Source of the DNA: Rhynchobatus australiae
Lineage: Eukaryota
DNA: 64,000 nt
Assembly: GCA_034780895.1 (NCBI GenBank)
Contig: JAUZTB010000062.1
Span: forward strand, 5,505,012 to 5,569,011
Reading direction: 5' to 3'
Shown: piece by piece, positions 1 to 13,566 of the stretch
Layout: each line of letters starts with the position of its first letter
Position numbering within the stretch: position 1 is the first letter of the stretch
The notes under the pieces: model-generated
The model's input: only the letters and a program-made list of their open reading frames with translations
Databases searched by the model: none
Told to the model about the DNA's origin: nothing
Translations under genes and position numbers: made by a program

Positions 1-995
1 ATGATTTGTGTATACAGCACTTTAGGATTATTTTCAAGTTGGAAATCATTGAAATGTTTAGGCATTGCAAATTGATTGAAAATACTTGAGGTTATTCACT
101 AGAGTAACTCAGATTGCAATGCATTGTGATGGTTTGGATCTAAGGATCTACTGGCTGGATAGGGTGAAGAGACTTTGACAAGTCGATAGAGCCAGTAAAG
201 TTTATTATTGCTTTTAGAATGTGACCTAATTTTACATATAATAGAAGAGCTGCCTTTAGAAAATCTTACTGATGCAATGCCAACATTCTGTTATTTTAAT
301 TGGTTGTGAACTACAGGTCAACACTCAAATGGCACTTCAAGATATGAGTGTTGCGATAGCTATTCTGGTAGATTTCAAATGCTGTTCTGCAGGCATGTGC
401 TTGTCACTACAGTTGTAATTTGTGACTATTTTATGGTTATGCAATCTATAGTTATTTCTAAGTGTTTTTTTAAAATTCATAACACCCTTAGTACAGAATT
501 TTGTGATATTTGATAGCTTTAGTTCATTCGCATGCCATTAAGTTTGTAGAAGCATGTCCATTAACTGTGATTTTGCTGTTTGATACTACATGGATTAGAG
601 AATGGATGCTTTTAAATAAAATGTGCGAATGTTTTAAGATTAATTGGATACAGTGTTGTTGCAAATTTTAAGAAAGTTCACAGCATTAGCAATAGGAAGC
701 ATGAAGTGTAGTTAGTTTTTGTAGTAGCTTGTCATGTTGATCATGGGATAAATTCAACTTGATTTTAGTGTACTGACAATCAGCTGCATATTTTTAAGTC
801 ATTTCCATAACATTGGTAATAGAACATTCTTTCCTGGCGGTTTCACATAACTAGCATTTGTGACTTTTTCTTAACCTAATATTGAATTATCTAATGAGTT
901 CTATTGCTTAAATCATTAATGAAAATGCTCAGATATTTTGATAAGGTATAGAATTGTTTCAGAAATTAAGTAATCTTTTTCCTTTGTATTTCTAG

Positions 996-1034
996 TGTTA
1001 TGTGCGAAGAATTTGGTGAAGAAAGACTTCTTCA
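996..1034 (+). CDS. SMURF2: SMURF2 coding exon 2 (C2 domain start)
   Basis: tttgtatttctAG|TGTTATGTGCG...TTCTTCA|GTaagt; translates (V)LCAKNLVKKDFF(R), matching vertebrate SMURF2; 39 nt, phase 1-1. Confidence 0.95.
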
Positions 1035-1346
1035 GTAAGTATTCCAGCTGGATGTCACCAGACAATGCTGTCTTAGCAATATTAGTAGAACTACAAGTTT
1101 CTTTTTAAAAGAAAGCTAGTTGGATAATAATGCACTGTAAAAACGTTTTGCATACCATTCTAATGAGTAAAGTAGATCTTAAAAATAATTGTCAAATATC
1201 TGTTCTATTTATAGTGCAGTGTTATGGTATTTGTAGGTTGCATTCATGCATTGCAAATTTATGCATTGCAAATTTACAAGAACTTACTTGGATTGATATT
1301 TCAAAATTGTGTTCTAATACAATATTAGAAACACTAAACAGCACTC

Positions 1347-1702
1347 CAGTAAAACTGATAATTTGGCATCCATCAGACATTAGTAGTGTTCAACTTGCAG
1401 ATTTTCTGGACAATTGGATGTAACTCCCAATAAGACACAGACTTGTATTTAATTTTTAGTAAGTTTTTAGTAAATTTTCCAGAGAACCTGGTGAGTTTAA
1501 ATGGAGTGGGAAATACCAAAACCCTCTGGACCTGGGCTTTGGCTGCAAACCTCCTCCTGTTCTGGACCCCAGTGCCAGTTCTGGCCAAATTCCCTGATTG
1601 CACTCTGGGCTGCTGGCTCACATTCTGAACTAATGAACAAATTGGATGCAGAACCATCAGGATTTCTGTATGATTGGAAGGCAGCTTATTCAAGTTTTAC
1701 TG
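1347..1702. mobile_element. Non-autonomous Tc1/mariner (pogo/Tigger-like) MITE
   Basis: Perfect 10-bp TIR CAGTAAAACT (1347-1356) / AGTTTTACTG (1693-1702), right flank TA; shares GATGCAGAACCATCAGGATTTC with the copy near 5330. Confidence 0.65.
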
Positions 1703-2947
1703 TATTGACTGAACTATTCGTTGGAGTAACTCCATTACTAAACTGGCTATGTGTAGTCTGAATAGTATCATGAAATTTGCATGGAGCTACATCTCTCAAT
1801 TTATGTCCCTCTTTCCTGCTCTTCCCCTCTTTGCACCATTTGGCCCCGAACAGCACTTTCACCACTATTTCTTTACCATTAGCAGCTCCTGATTTATTCA
1901 CTCAGTGGTATGATTCCAAAGATACTGGCAGTCCCCACTGCACAACCTAGCCGATATTCACATGTGAACTTCGATAATGAAAATTAACTGGGTTTCAAAC
2001 TGTGAGGGCTTTGTATCCAAGAACCCATGTTGTCCTTCCTCATGGTTCATACACCTATTCATAGTAGGGGTCTGCTTAAACCTTTGCTCTGTGTATCTAG
2101 TCCAGGGCTAGTGTAGACTGATGTACCATTAATTTGTCTGTAAATGTTCTGTATTTCAGCACAAACTAAGGATTGAAATTGGGTCTTAGTCCACATGGCT
2201 CATTTGCATCCCAACAAAGTAATTGGGTGCTCTGGAATTTATTTCTTTTGTGTGCTGAATCATTGACGTTTTACCAGAGAGTACCATTTTCTCAGACCAG
2301 TTTGACCTATTTTGTACAATATTTTCATTGGTCAACTCTTGTCACTCTACCACCGAGATGTAAACACAGTTCAAAAATTCAGCATTGAGTGGATGGACAT
2401 TTTATGTACTTTAAGAGTAATATTAATGCATTTTGGAGAAATTAACTGTTGAAGGTTTGAATGGTTTGATGTGCAAATAGTTCATTGAAAAAAGATTGCC
2501 TTGTTTTTTTTCATCATGCATTTTAATGACTGTTATGGCTTAGAATGAGAAATACTTGAAAAGTGTAATTGTTACAGGTAGAAATAATTAACATGATAGT
2601 AAAACAATACAGAAACAGGTCCTTTGGCCTACCATATCCATGCCAAGCATAAAGTAAGCATTTATTCTAAGCCTATTTACTAGCACTTGATTTGTAGCTT
2701 TTTATATGGCTCACCTCCACTTTCTCCAAGGAAATTCAGGATTGACAATAATTGCTGGGCATACCAGCAATGTGCAGGTCCTGAAAAATAAGATTCTATT
2801 CATCAAAGTATCAAGAGGTTAATTAAGGTTATCTGAGAACAAATTCTTGGCTGAAAATTCTTTTAACTTATTTTTTTTTTCTTTGCCTTTTACCTCCCCA
2901 CTTCCAAACTTGAAGCTGCCAAGCTCAAGTATACTCTTCACCAGCTG

Positions 2948-3240
2948 AGATAAGATATCTTTATTAGTCACATGTACATTGAAACACACAGTGAAATGCC
3001 TCTCTTGCGTAGAGTGTTCTGAGGGCAGACCACAAGTGTCGCCATGCTTCCAGCGCCAACATAGCATGCTGACAACTTCCTAACCCGTACATCTTTGGAA
3101 TGTGGTAGGAAACCGGAGCACCCGGAAGAAACCCACGCAGACACGGGGAGAACGTGCGGACTCCTTATAGACAGTGGCTGGAATTGAACCCGGGTCGCTG
3201 GCGCTGTAACAGTTACGCAAACCGCTACACTACCATGCCT
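2948..3240 (-). mobile_element. Full-length tRNA-derived V-type SINE
   Basis: Minus strand: A-box-like TGGTAGTGTAGCGG, B-box GGTTCAATTCC, V-SINE core GTTCTCCCCGTGTCTGCGTGGGTTTCTTCCGGGTGCTCCGGTTTCC; retains many CpGs, so probably young; tail recurs at 61428-61488. Confidence 0.85.
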
Positions 3241-3250
3241 GCCATACAAA

Positions 3251-3352
3251 TGTTCTGACGCAGGATCTTCATGCTGAAGTACTAACTCTGTTTCTCTTTG
3301 TGCAGATGCTGACTAACTTGTTAAGTCCTTCCAGCATGTTTTTTATCTTAGA
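3251..3352 (+). mobile_element. Penelope-like pseudo-LTR 3' end with degenerate hammerhead core
   Basis: TTCTGACGCAGGATCTTCATGCTGAAGTACTAACTCTGTTTCTC...CAGATGCTG...CCAGCAT; homologous to copies at 18222, 45191 and 61494. Confidence 0.65.
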
Positions 3353-4024
3353 ATAAAGCTCAATTATGTTGGGAACAAAATAATTGTATTTTTTGCCTGA
3401 TTGAAGACTGTTTAGTTTGTCAGACTCTGTGGACTTATTTTTCCTCTTACCAATATTAACTCTTGTTCTGGACTTACTGCAGATTCCCTTTGTTATTTTG
3501 TCATTTGGAGGACTGTGCTCTATAATTGTATTAATATTTTGTTGACTTCACTATTTAGTTGGCTACATGAAGAAGCATTATATCAAACTTCTGCCAATTG
3601 ACCCCATGATTTAGTTCAGCATTATGTAATGGTGAAAAGCAAAGTACTACTTATACCAGAAACCAAAGCAATAAGTGTGAGAAGCACTCATCTGTTGAAG
3701 AGCACCTTTAGAGTAAAGAGATTAAGATTTTGTGTGGAGACTCAAATGATGGAAGAAAAGTATTCACTGCAATTATCAGTAAATACACTCATTTGGTGCT
3801 ATGCCCTACTATATGAAGCACTGCCTTTTGGAGAGGAAGGTGAAATATCTTCATATGTTGAGTTGAGAATAGGAACTTTTTCATTGAAAAAGTGTAATTT
3901 GTATGCAGCATTGTTAATTCTAAGAATAAATACAATTCTATATTTCGTAGTAATCGTTTTCTATCAAGAAATGAAGGTAGCATTATAACAGGAAAAAAAA
4001 TGATCGCATCTTGTTTCCATTTAG

Positions 4025-4133
4025 GACTCCCTGATCCCTTTGCGAAAATAGTAGTGGACGGGTCAGGCCAGTGCCATTCTACAGACACAGTAAAGAACAC
4101 CCTAGACCCAAAGTGGAATCAGCATTATGATCT
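4025..4133 (+). CDS. SMURF2: SMURF2 coding exon 3 (C2 domain)
   Basis: ccatttAG|GACTCCCT...TATGATCT|GTgagt; (R)LPDPFAKIVVDGSGQCHSTDTVKNTLDPKWNQHYD(L); 109 nt. Confidence 0.97.
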
Positions 4134-5019
4134 GTGAGTATCTTATTAAATTCCGAGAATTATTTCTACAATCAAAAAATTGTTCATGCCCCATATGTTT
4201 GAAGACAAATGATTTAAGTTTTAAACATTTTGCAGTATGTAGTTTGACTCTTTTTGGAAAGAGAAAGGTTTGACATGTGTGGTTTGACCAATAAGGTTAT
4301 CTGCTGGAAAGCATCCAAGAAGCAGAAAATTTAAAATATTAACCCAACAGTCCTTGAGCAAGGTAGTCTGTTCATAGTGGGAACTATTACTGAGAGTAAT
4401 TTTTTTTCTACACAACTGTAAAACTTTGATTTCATTGAAATAAGTGTTGTCTTGTTATGGAGCTGTAATTGCTTGATTGCTGAATTTATTCACAAAGCAA
4501 ACAATGTAGCTTTGAATCACCAAGATAGAATTGAGGAATCAGAGGTGGGGAAAAGTTCGCCCTCACTGATCCACGTTTGCCATGATGTTGGAATTTTAGG
4601 TTTCAACCCATAATTTCCTATCTTATGTTTTGCTATACCATGCCAAATGAGAGTTGAAACTCAAATGCACAAGAGCACTGTGATAAGCAATGGTGTAGAG
4701 ATATCAAGAGAAGGTTTTTTTTGGAAAAAGGCCCACTCTGCCACTAAGATCAGTTTCCAAATAAGCTGTGCAGTACTGAATCTCAGTGAATTGTCAGCTG
4801 CCCTTAAGGATGGTAATCAAATTAAATGCAGATTGACCCCATCCCAACCTCTCAATATCGCTGGATCCATGACATTGAGACAATTGCTGCAAAAATATCT
4901 CTGATATGCACTGCAGGAAAGACTGCAGATATTCCAGAAGGTAGCACACCTAGATTATACATAGTCCTTCAATTGTAGCTTTTACAATTTCTTAATCTCT
5001 AAAATTGGGGCGTATACCT

Positions 5020-5381
5020 ATCTCCGTTAACCCAGCATCTCAGGACTTTGGTGCCAGATTCTCTGGAATGTTGGAAGTTATGCATGTTAAATCACCAAAC
5101 ACCTTTTAATTTGTCTTTTAAGGTGTTGCACAGTAGAATTATAAATATTCCAGTGAACTCTGGGTGTACAGGGAACACTGGAAACAAGAGCCTGGCAAAT
5201 TTCAATCGAAGTAGAACCAGGTGAGTTGAAAGGGAGCGTAGGAACAGGGGCCTCTGTAACTGGGAATGCAACATGGGAACCGGATCCCATTTGAGAGGGA
5301 AGGAACACTGCAAACATTACCTGGTGAGCCAGATGCAGAACCATCAGGATTTCCAAACAGTTGGACAGCAAAATTTTACTG
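5020..5381. mobile_element. Second, diverged copy of the 1347-1702 MITE family
   Basis: Shares AGAACCwGGTGAGTTkAA and an identical 22-mer GATGCAGAACCATCAGGATTTC; ends in TTTTACTG; left end approximate. Confidence 0.55.
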
Positions 5382-6744
5382 GTATACTATTTTCCCTGCA
5401 GAATTATTTTCCTTCCTGAAGAATTTGTCCTTGCCATGATGAAATTATCAATTGACATTTTTCTCCCAAGTACTGAATCCATCAGAGAAACCATCATGGA
5501 GCAACTTTGCTTTTAAGGTGCAGTGTAAAGTAATTAAACATACTTGTTTAGAAAAATATCATTCCTAATCTATCAGTAATAATAGATGAGGAATGATAAT
5601 GTGGATTTGTTTAAAGAATGTGCTGCACTTTGTGTGTGTCAGAGTCCCTGGAAAACTCTGTTTGTGGTCTGCCATAATCAGACTCTGACTGGCCTATGAT
5701 ACATGCAGTGTAACAGGAAATAGCTTACATGCCTTGGATGACAGATGGTGTCTCACTGGTAAAGTGCCAGCTTGTTCATTTGATTGCTTTTTCAAGATTA
5801 AAGCAGATTAAGACTGATATGCCTGCAGAATGTTACTGGTGAAAGTAGATAGTTGTACATATTTTGCTGTGGTTTTTTCTAAAATTAAATGCAGAATTGA
5901 ATGCATAAATTTACATGGCTAGAGTTATAATAAAAAGGCAGTACACAAGAAGCCCAAGATTGGAAAAGGTTATTAGTGTACAGTAACACAATTGGTCTTT
6001 TCATTTGTGTTAATCCATTGAGGATGAATGAATAAATCAAAGCAATGAAGGTTCTATGTCTGCAAATGAGATGTACAGCTTCATAGTTTCCTGTGCATTG
6101 TGACTCGTGATCAATGCCACACAGTTTTCATGCTTGCTTTTAGGTAATCAGCGTCTGTTTCATTTGCAGGTTAGGAATATTATTTAATTGGGTGTAATTC
6201 GTCAGTTCCTAGGTCACATGGTTACCTACAGTATCAAATATAGGAAGCAGCTAGTCTTCACGTGCAAAATAATTGAAAGGGTTGATACACTGCCTGAAAT
6301 TATTCTTTCATGATATTTTTCAGGGACAAGATATAGAATAACTAATAGAAATTTTCTAAACATCAGGGAATGATGTGGAATTTGAATGTTTCTGATCCTT
6401 GATATTAGGTTACTGCCTCTGTTTGTTTGTTTGCTTGCTTGCTTGCTTTGCTGGCCAGAAATGCAAATTCTGTCCATCCCCAGTCAGGATATTGATGGCT
6501 ATTTGTGTGGCATCAGTAGGTCACCTACAGTTATGTGGCATCACATAACAGCTTAAATTGATATAAAATTGAACCATTTTATTCACAGTTATCAAAATAT
6601 GGAGCCACGTAGCACATGTTATTTTAGATGATTATACTGATTTTAACATGATGCCATATAAACTCTAAGGTTATTTGCTTTGCTGATTAAAATACTTTAT
6701 AAAAATATTTTTCCAAATATTTATGTTAGGGTATTATAATCCAC

Positions 6745-6895
6745 ATAGAGTCATAGAGTTATACAACATGCAAAAGGGCCCTTGGGCCCAACTGGTCCAA
6801 CTGGTCCATGACAACCAAGATTCCATTCTAGTCCCAATTGCTTGCGTTTGGTCCATATCCCTCTAAGTCTTTCCTAACCATGAACCTGTCCAAAT
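6745..6895 (-). mobile_element. CR1 LINE 3' tail fragment
   Basis: ATAGAGTCATAGAGTTATACA...GGCCCTTGGGCCCAACTGGTCC; same tail as the element at 42374. Confidence 0.7.
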
Positions 6896-8799
6896 AATAT
6901 GCATAAAAGTATTTTGGAAGTAGTAATTATAACTTAATGTGCCATTAAACACTCAGTTCATGAAGCAAAGTACAACATTTTAGGCTATTTTACAATAAGA
7001 ATATTTCAGAAAAGCTCAGTATAAATGGAATAAATTGTGATCAGCATTACAAGTAAACTATTAGACTGTATGCAAGCAGTCTTCATAATGTATTTTGCTC
7101 ATATTAAATGAATAAACACAGAGTAACAGATCTGTCAGTTTAATTGTCCATATTATGTATTATCCTACTTGTCCTGTCCAAGATTGCAAATATAAAGCAT
7201 TTTGCTTGTTTCCAGTCACCCTGCACATGGGCCTCTTCCTATGCATCTTCCATTAACCTAACTATTCCAATTTAAGCACTTCTCCATCATCCAATTAAGT
7301 GCAGCCAAGTCCTTCACTGCAATTCCATCTCCACTTAAGGAGGTCCACACTTCTTGAAAAAAGACCAAGAAATTCCCCTAAATTTCCATTGGATTTATTT
7401 GTGATTTTTAAAATATTTATTATTACTAATTTTGTTCTCATCCACAATTGGAAACATCTTCTTGATTTAAATTCTGTTCTATCAAATTCGTTCACAACTT
7501 CAAGGATGTCTGCTGAAGCAGTCCCCCACCCCCCAGTAGCCTTCTTCCTAACCTAACCAATGCACTCTTTTCTAATGGGTAGAATCTTTCAGTTCTGATA
7601 CAATTTGTGATAAAATGGGTTCTGATTTTGATTAAAGATGTCTTTAAAAGAGATTATGTGCATGAGGGAAAATTCAAATTTACAATTCTGTCAGACAATA
7701 AGCAACATGAGTACCAATTAGTCTGTTGTTCTGTGATGGGAAAATGNNNNNNNNNNNNNNNNNNNNNNNNNNNNNNNNNNNNNNNNNNNNNNNNNNNNNN
7801 NNNNNNNNNNNNNNNNNNNNNNNNNNNNNNNNNNNNNNNNNNNNNNAAAAAGATTGATCAAGGTATTGCATCCCAAAATTGGGTGAGGGTATGAAAGGGT
7901 ATTGCATAATCTGCAAACATTAATTCTTGGGCCAGGGAAGAGGTGCTTAATAGCTTAATGGATATTCATATTTTAAAAGAGTGAAGTGAAACCCAGGATG
8001 GAAATAAATTATTGCTTTTATAGATAGAAATAAATAGTTGTGTTTATATCATATTCTTTATTGACCCTTTGCACAATGAGCTTTGAACCCAGTGTGTCTT
8101 AAGGGAGTCGAGATGTTAGATTTTTTACACACACTTAGATCCCAGAAGTAACTGTGAATTGAATAACCACCTGTTTTTGATATTGCATTAAGGAGCATAT
8201 TTGGGTAGACAATGTCAAAACTTTTCAAATGATTTGGAATCTTTAATACTCATTTTCAACCACCAGAGTAGAAACTCGTAGAAACATTGATTTGACATTA
8301 TAGAGAAAGGATGCCAATTCCAACATTGTAGCCTTCCGCCCTCATTGTTGTTCTTGAGTTATATTGCACTGAAAATATAATGCTACTGGCAGTGAAGGGA
8401 AACCTGATGCCAAACAAAGAACATTCACATTTTTAGATTAAAAGAAAGTTTGAGTGACATGAAGTAAAAACAGAGGTGCAAGAGATTTTGACATCTACCC
8501 AGCTAAGAGAATAAATGGAAAAAGTTAATTGCCTTAGTTGGATTTGCATTAAAATGGTAACCTTTTATATTTTGTCTTTCAAAGCAGCAGTTTGTCTCAT
8601 TTCTTTTAGCCGAGTCTTAAATGGAAGATGAATATTTTCCAGCATGGACCAAACTCTCTGCAATCTGTAGTGTTGAAGACAGTGTTGCCCTGGTGATTTG
8701 CGCTTTATATAGTTGGGCATTTTTCTGAAATTGAAACATTAAATTGCCCAAAAAGAAATGTTATAAGCATTGAAAGGAATTGGAAGTTCCAACTGTTAA

Positions 8800-9440
8800 T
8801 CCCCCAACCATGCACGGCTGTTTCTTCTATCTCCTGAATGTTGAGACAGTCGTAGCATTATTGTTTAATCCTGTTTTCCATCCCAACTCATTTCTGCCTA
8901 TCTTGACTCTGCTTTCTCCCCTTGTCTGGTGTCTTCCCAACAACACTCTCCCCTCCACCCCAAAGCTTTACCTCTTGTGACACATCTGACATGTTCTGCC
9001 ACTTTAACACTTTTCCGTTTCCAGGTCCCAAACTGCTCATTTTCATCATATACATCCAATCTTTTTTCAAGCCATTCCCCTCCAGGATGGCCTAAGGGCA
9101 CTTCACTCTCATTGAACAGAGGTCCTCTTCATCTCAACCCTCCTTCACCCAGCTGAACACATTCTCGCATTGGACAGTTTGCCTCTTAACTAGATGCATT
9201 TTGTCTTTATGCCTATGGGAACTCGTATGGCTCCAGGCCATGCCTATCTTTTGCGAGTATATGTGAATGTACTTGATTTTAGTTCTCCCCCGATCCCTTC
9301 CTTCAGCTCCTTTCCCAGTACATTAATGGCTGAATCAGTGCTGATGATAACTTGCCCAAGAACTGCATTGTCTTTGATGTTCATGTGTAGTTCACAAGGC
9401 TGTTTTATTGCATTCACACCAAGCCTGTACAATGTGCATT
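8800..9440 (+). mobile_element. Decayed Penelope-like reverse transcriptase fragment
   Basis: ORF 9194 contains PMGTRMAPGHAYL..YV, resembling the PLE RT motif AMGTRMGPSYACLFVGYVE; surrounded by stops and frameshifts. Confidence 0.6.
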
Positions 9441-12400
9441 TGTAGGCTGCAGGATTGTGATCAAAAGCAGGAGCTCTACATGATTTCCGCCTCACTAAGC
9501 CTGGGGGTGGGTATTCAATCAGGTGCAGCGTTCTTGTTGCAAAGTGGTTGAGATTAGCTAACCTTGCATGAAGTGTGCATTGAACTTTGGCCTTCCATGA
9601 ATTTTACAGTTGCTTACTAGATGAGCAAGAGACATCAGAGCATTTACTACACTGCAGTTAATTGACAATAGACTGTTTGACATTTGACACCTTATTTGAG
9701 GTGGGTTGAATCTGTCTATGTTGTGTAAAGCAGTGATTTCCTCCTGTAGAATATGCACTTTGTCGCAGTAGAACCAAATCAAGCTGCAGTTCATTTGTGG
9801 CTCTCGCTGATCTTGAGGGAGGGGGATTGTTGGTGAGAGGACAGTTGAAGGTAGCAAATGGGATGTGAAACAGTTCAGTGATAGTGGTGGTGATGATGGG
9901 AGAAATAAAACATGGAAGGATTTAACACAAAATAAGTAAAAAACATTTTGCAGTTATAGTGTAAAGACCCTTTGACTTATTTAAAAAGTAATTATTGCTG
10001 CAAGCCTTTGTAGCTAAGCTCAACAAAGTTTTAACACCAAGTCTGAGTAGTTTAATATGAGCAGCTTATCGATGCTTCAGTTGTGCTGTTTATTCTGCAG
10101 TGATTTCCTTACACCTTACCTTGCATACGAGAATTTTATTTGAGACATTTCTGTCTGGTACTAAAAGTAACCAGGGAATTCAGTGCTTGCCAGGTGTCCA
10201 ACCCAGTTTTTCTTGTTCTCATGATTTATTCTAACAGGTTCTCTTCTTAAGGCTATTTGCTCCTAACAAGGAGCAGCCTTTCCACATATTCATAGTTAGC
10301 ATTCTGGAATGTGTCCAAAGAGAAAGCATCACACACCCAAATAGTAAGCCTTTTCCTCTGTGAGACATCTATTGTATATTTCCCTTGAGGTCTGACGTTA
10401 TCTTCTGGTAACCTTTAGGAAGGGGCTCCACAAAGGCGACACAGAACTTGGCCTTCGATTCTCCAGGTTTCACCCAATTAAAAATGGAATTGGGTAATCC
10501 TGAGAATCATGCATGTTCAAAGAAACATGCTTAACAGAAAAGATTTTATTTAGATCTCTTAATGTTGATAAAATGAAAACTTGAAACAATTTATTTATGG
10601 CTTTTTTCCCTTAAGATTAAGAATTACATTTGGCTTCATTCCAGAACCCGCTAATGAAAACACCATTGTGTTTTTAATATGTATTTTGTTGTGTATTACA
10701 CAACAAAACTACAGGGGAGGCCAGGGCTTGTCTTTAGAATGTGTCTAAGTCTGGTCTTGGCAACTTGATGAAATACATTTTTTGTCTTAACGTTTACAAG
10801 CTGAAGGTGCATAAGCAGAAATGTTTAGATCTGATGCCAGAGAATAGCTGCAAGTATTTGATCTTAAGTAAAAAGTACCTGGCTGAATAGGTGTACTGCT
10901 CACTGGGCCTAACCTAGGTAACTTCCTTCTAGCTCTACTCTTTCCCATAGGCACAGCCCTCAGAATCTTTAATCATATTTTGTATTTCCTGTCCAGAACC
11001 AAGCAAGACCTTTCCAACTACCATCTTGTTGTGGATTATTGCATTGACATTCTTAATTTGTGGGTGGTGATATCTTGGTCTTCTCCCATACTCTTTTGAT
11101 ACTTCAAGCACCTCATCTTGTAATCCTCCTGCTTTTCCTTTAAAATCTTTTTTGTCTACTGTCTGAAGGCTCCCTTAACTCTTTTCACTGTTATCTCCCT
11201 TTTTTTCCCCTCTCTGTCACACTTCATTAGCAACTGCAGTCTTCATTTAGGCTCACATGGGGCTCTCCCTAAACTTGGTTCTCTCTAATAGTATTCTTTC
11301 ATGTATTTGTGACCATGCCTTAACTTTGTCATTCCTCAGCTTTTATATTCTTATGCAAAGGAATTTTTGAATATTTCTTTATTCCATATCAGGTTTTTCC
11401 TTTAACCAGTTGATTCTCTGCACTGGAAATAAACTGTTTGCCCAACTCACGTAACTATCGATTTTCAAATTCATAATTCTGCACCTTTATCCACTATGTT
11501 GCTCTTGATCTGCTTCATGATTTCCTCATGTTCCTGGAGAACGTAACTAGTGCCATTAATAACTATATCAAAAGTTTGCCTCTGTTCACTTCTGTTTTCT
11601 CCCCCTTACTATCTTTTCTATGGCCTCCATTGAGTTGCTGTGGAAATATGAATAACTTCCACATTTAGACAACTTCTTATTCACCATGTCAGTAACCTTT
11701 GATTAGAAATAACTTTGTCATTACAAAACTCATTCTGTCTTCTCTGATTTTTGTCCAATTGCTGAAACATTCACTCCCTAATAAGTTAAATTCCTCACTA
11801 ATTGAATATTTTATACGTATATCTGTTTCTTCCTTGCTCTCACTCATCAAAGAATTAAATTAAAGAATTAAATAAATTTGGCATTTTTCCAGCCCCAGGA
11901 ATTCCTGAATGAGGAGTTTTGACTAAAACGATTAGTTTCCTTGTTACCATTGTCAATACCCTTAGGAAACCATTTAATGGTCTTGGATGTCTTTAATCTC
12001 TTATCTCCAGTGCCACTTTTTTTTGACCTATCATTTTGTTACTTATCACTCCTGTCCTTGCTGCATTGAATTTTCCCACTTCCTAATGGCACAGATATAA
12101 AATTCTCATGCTCATGTCAAAGTTACTTAATGTTGCTAATTGCAGTTAGGTAACTTCTATAGTCATAAATCTTCCTTCACCATCCCATCTGAATTGAACA
12201 TTCCATTCCTCCAACTGAACCCCTTTGTCCATTCACTCCTTTGGCAGCTATTTCTTTAACTGCTCCCATATTCTCACTCCTTTATTACTCTTTCTTTCCC
12301 TAATCCCTTACTTTTAAGTTAGCATCTGAAATCCCATATTTTGGTAATTTAATGTCACTTCCTTTCCTCACCTTAACATAAATTATTTATTTAAAAAATG

Positions 12401-13566
12401 AAATACAACTGGATGTTTTCTCCATTAAAAGCACATTATAGTTAATATTTTAATTATTTTTACAAGTTTTTGCTATTTCAGTCCAAGTAGCCTAGACTGA
12501 TGGATGGAATTCTGTTTTGTCTGCTGGCTGAATGGAAAATGAGCTGGCAGTTGCAACGCATTCTGTCTTGGCGTCAACTGCATTACCTATGTGTTCTCTG
12601 TGCTACTAAATTGGCATAGAGAAAATCTAGTTTGATACAAAAGAGGGTTCTCTTCCATAATTCAGCTTTAGGTGTATCATTAGGAAGAATGGAAGAACAA
12701 AGCAGGTATAATTCCAATCAAGCTATATTTAACCAGAAAGTAATCAGTACCATAAAACAAAACACTTTAGCTTATTTGCTAGAGGAGTACAAATCTGAAA
12801 AATGCAATGTGATTAAGGACAAGATACATTCCCAGGTGTTTGTAATAAAGTCTGATGATGATTGGATGTGTTGCAGCTAAATCTCTGACTCCTACCAATT
12901 TATTATAACCAACTTTGAGGATGGACTATTTTTTTACTCTGTACAGAGTACATTAATTCTTCACACATTCTGATTAAAGTGATTTACAGCAGTTGAGTCT
13001 TGTACTTTCATGTAGAGCCAAGCTTGTTAAAAAATAGAAGGCACAGAAAGATCAACAGTTTTATAGAAATTAGCTCTGGTTTGCTTTATTAGATAGTCAT
13101 CATCTTTCTAACTTCAAGGCTACCAAAGCTTGCAAATTCTGCAATGTCAGGCCTCTACTGCACTAGGCAGAGTGTCTGAGCACTTCGACTTTGGGGTTTC
13201 TGATCTGCTGTTTGTCACTTCCAGAGCTTGCTGTCTCCTTACCCAATCCCAGACTTCAAAATCATCTGAGTGTGCAGTGGAACCTGTGAACCAGACCAAT
13301 CATATCCCTGAACTGGAGCATTGAGCTGCAGTGGGGAAAAAAAAGAATGTGTGCTGAAAAATCATTGTTACTGAGGTCACACAGACATTTAGTGACATGG
13401 TTGAAGTTTTGAAAAAAGTTTAAATATCAGTAGTTTAAGGTCTTTTTTTTCCTTCAGAAATTTTGCGAAATACTCCATGTAATAGAAGTATTATTTTCCT
13501 GCATTTTTTGTGCCTTTTATCAGCAAATCAACTCCACATTTTCAAGCTCAACCCACAGGGTGTAGG

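Noticed and set aside
3170-3240. tRNA gene
   Set aside because: The A and B boxes belong to the SINE head; there is no full cloverleaf and it continues into the SINE core.
5990-6230. Possible conserved enhancer in intron 3 (also about 12480-12620)
   Set aside because: It looks non-repetitive and motif-rich, but conservation cannot be judged without alignments.
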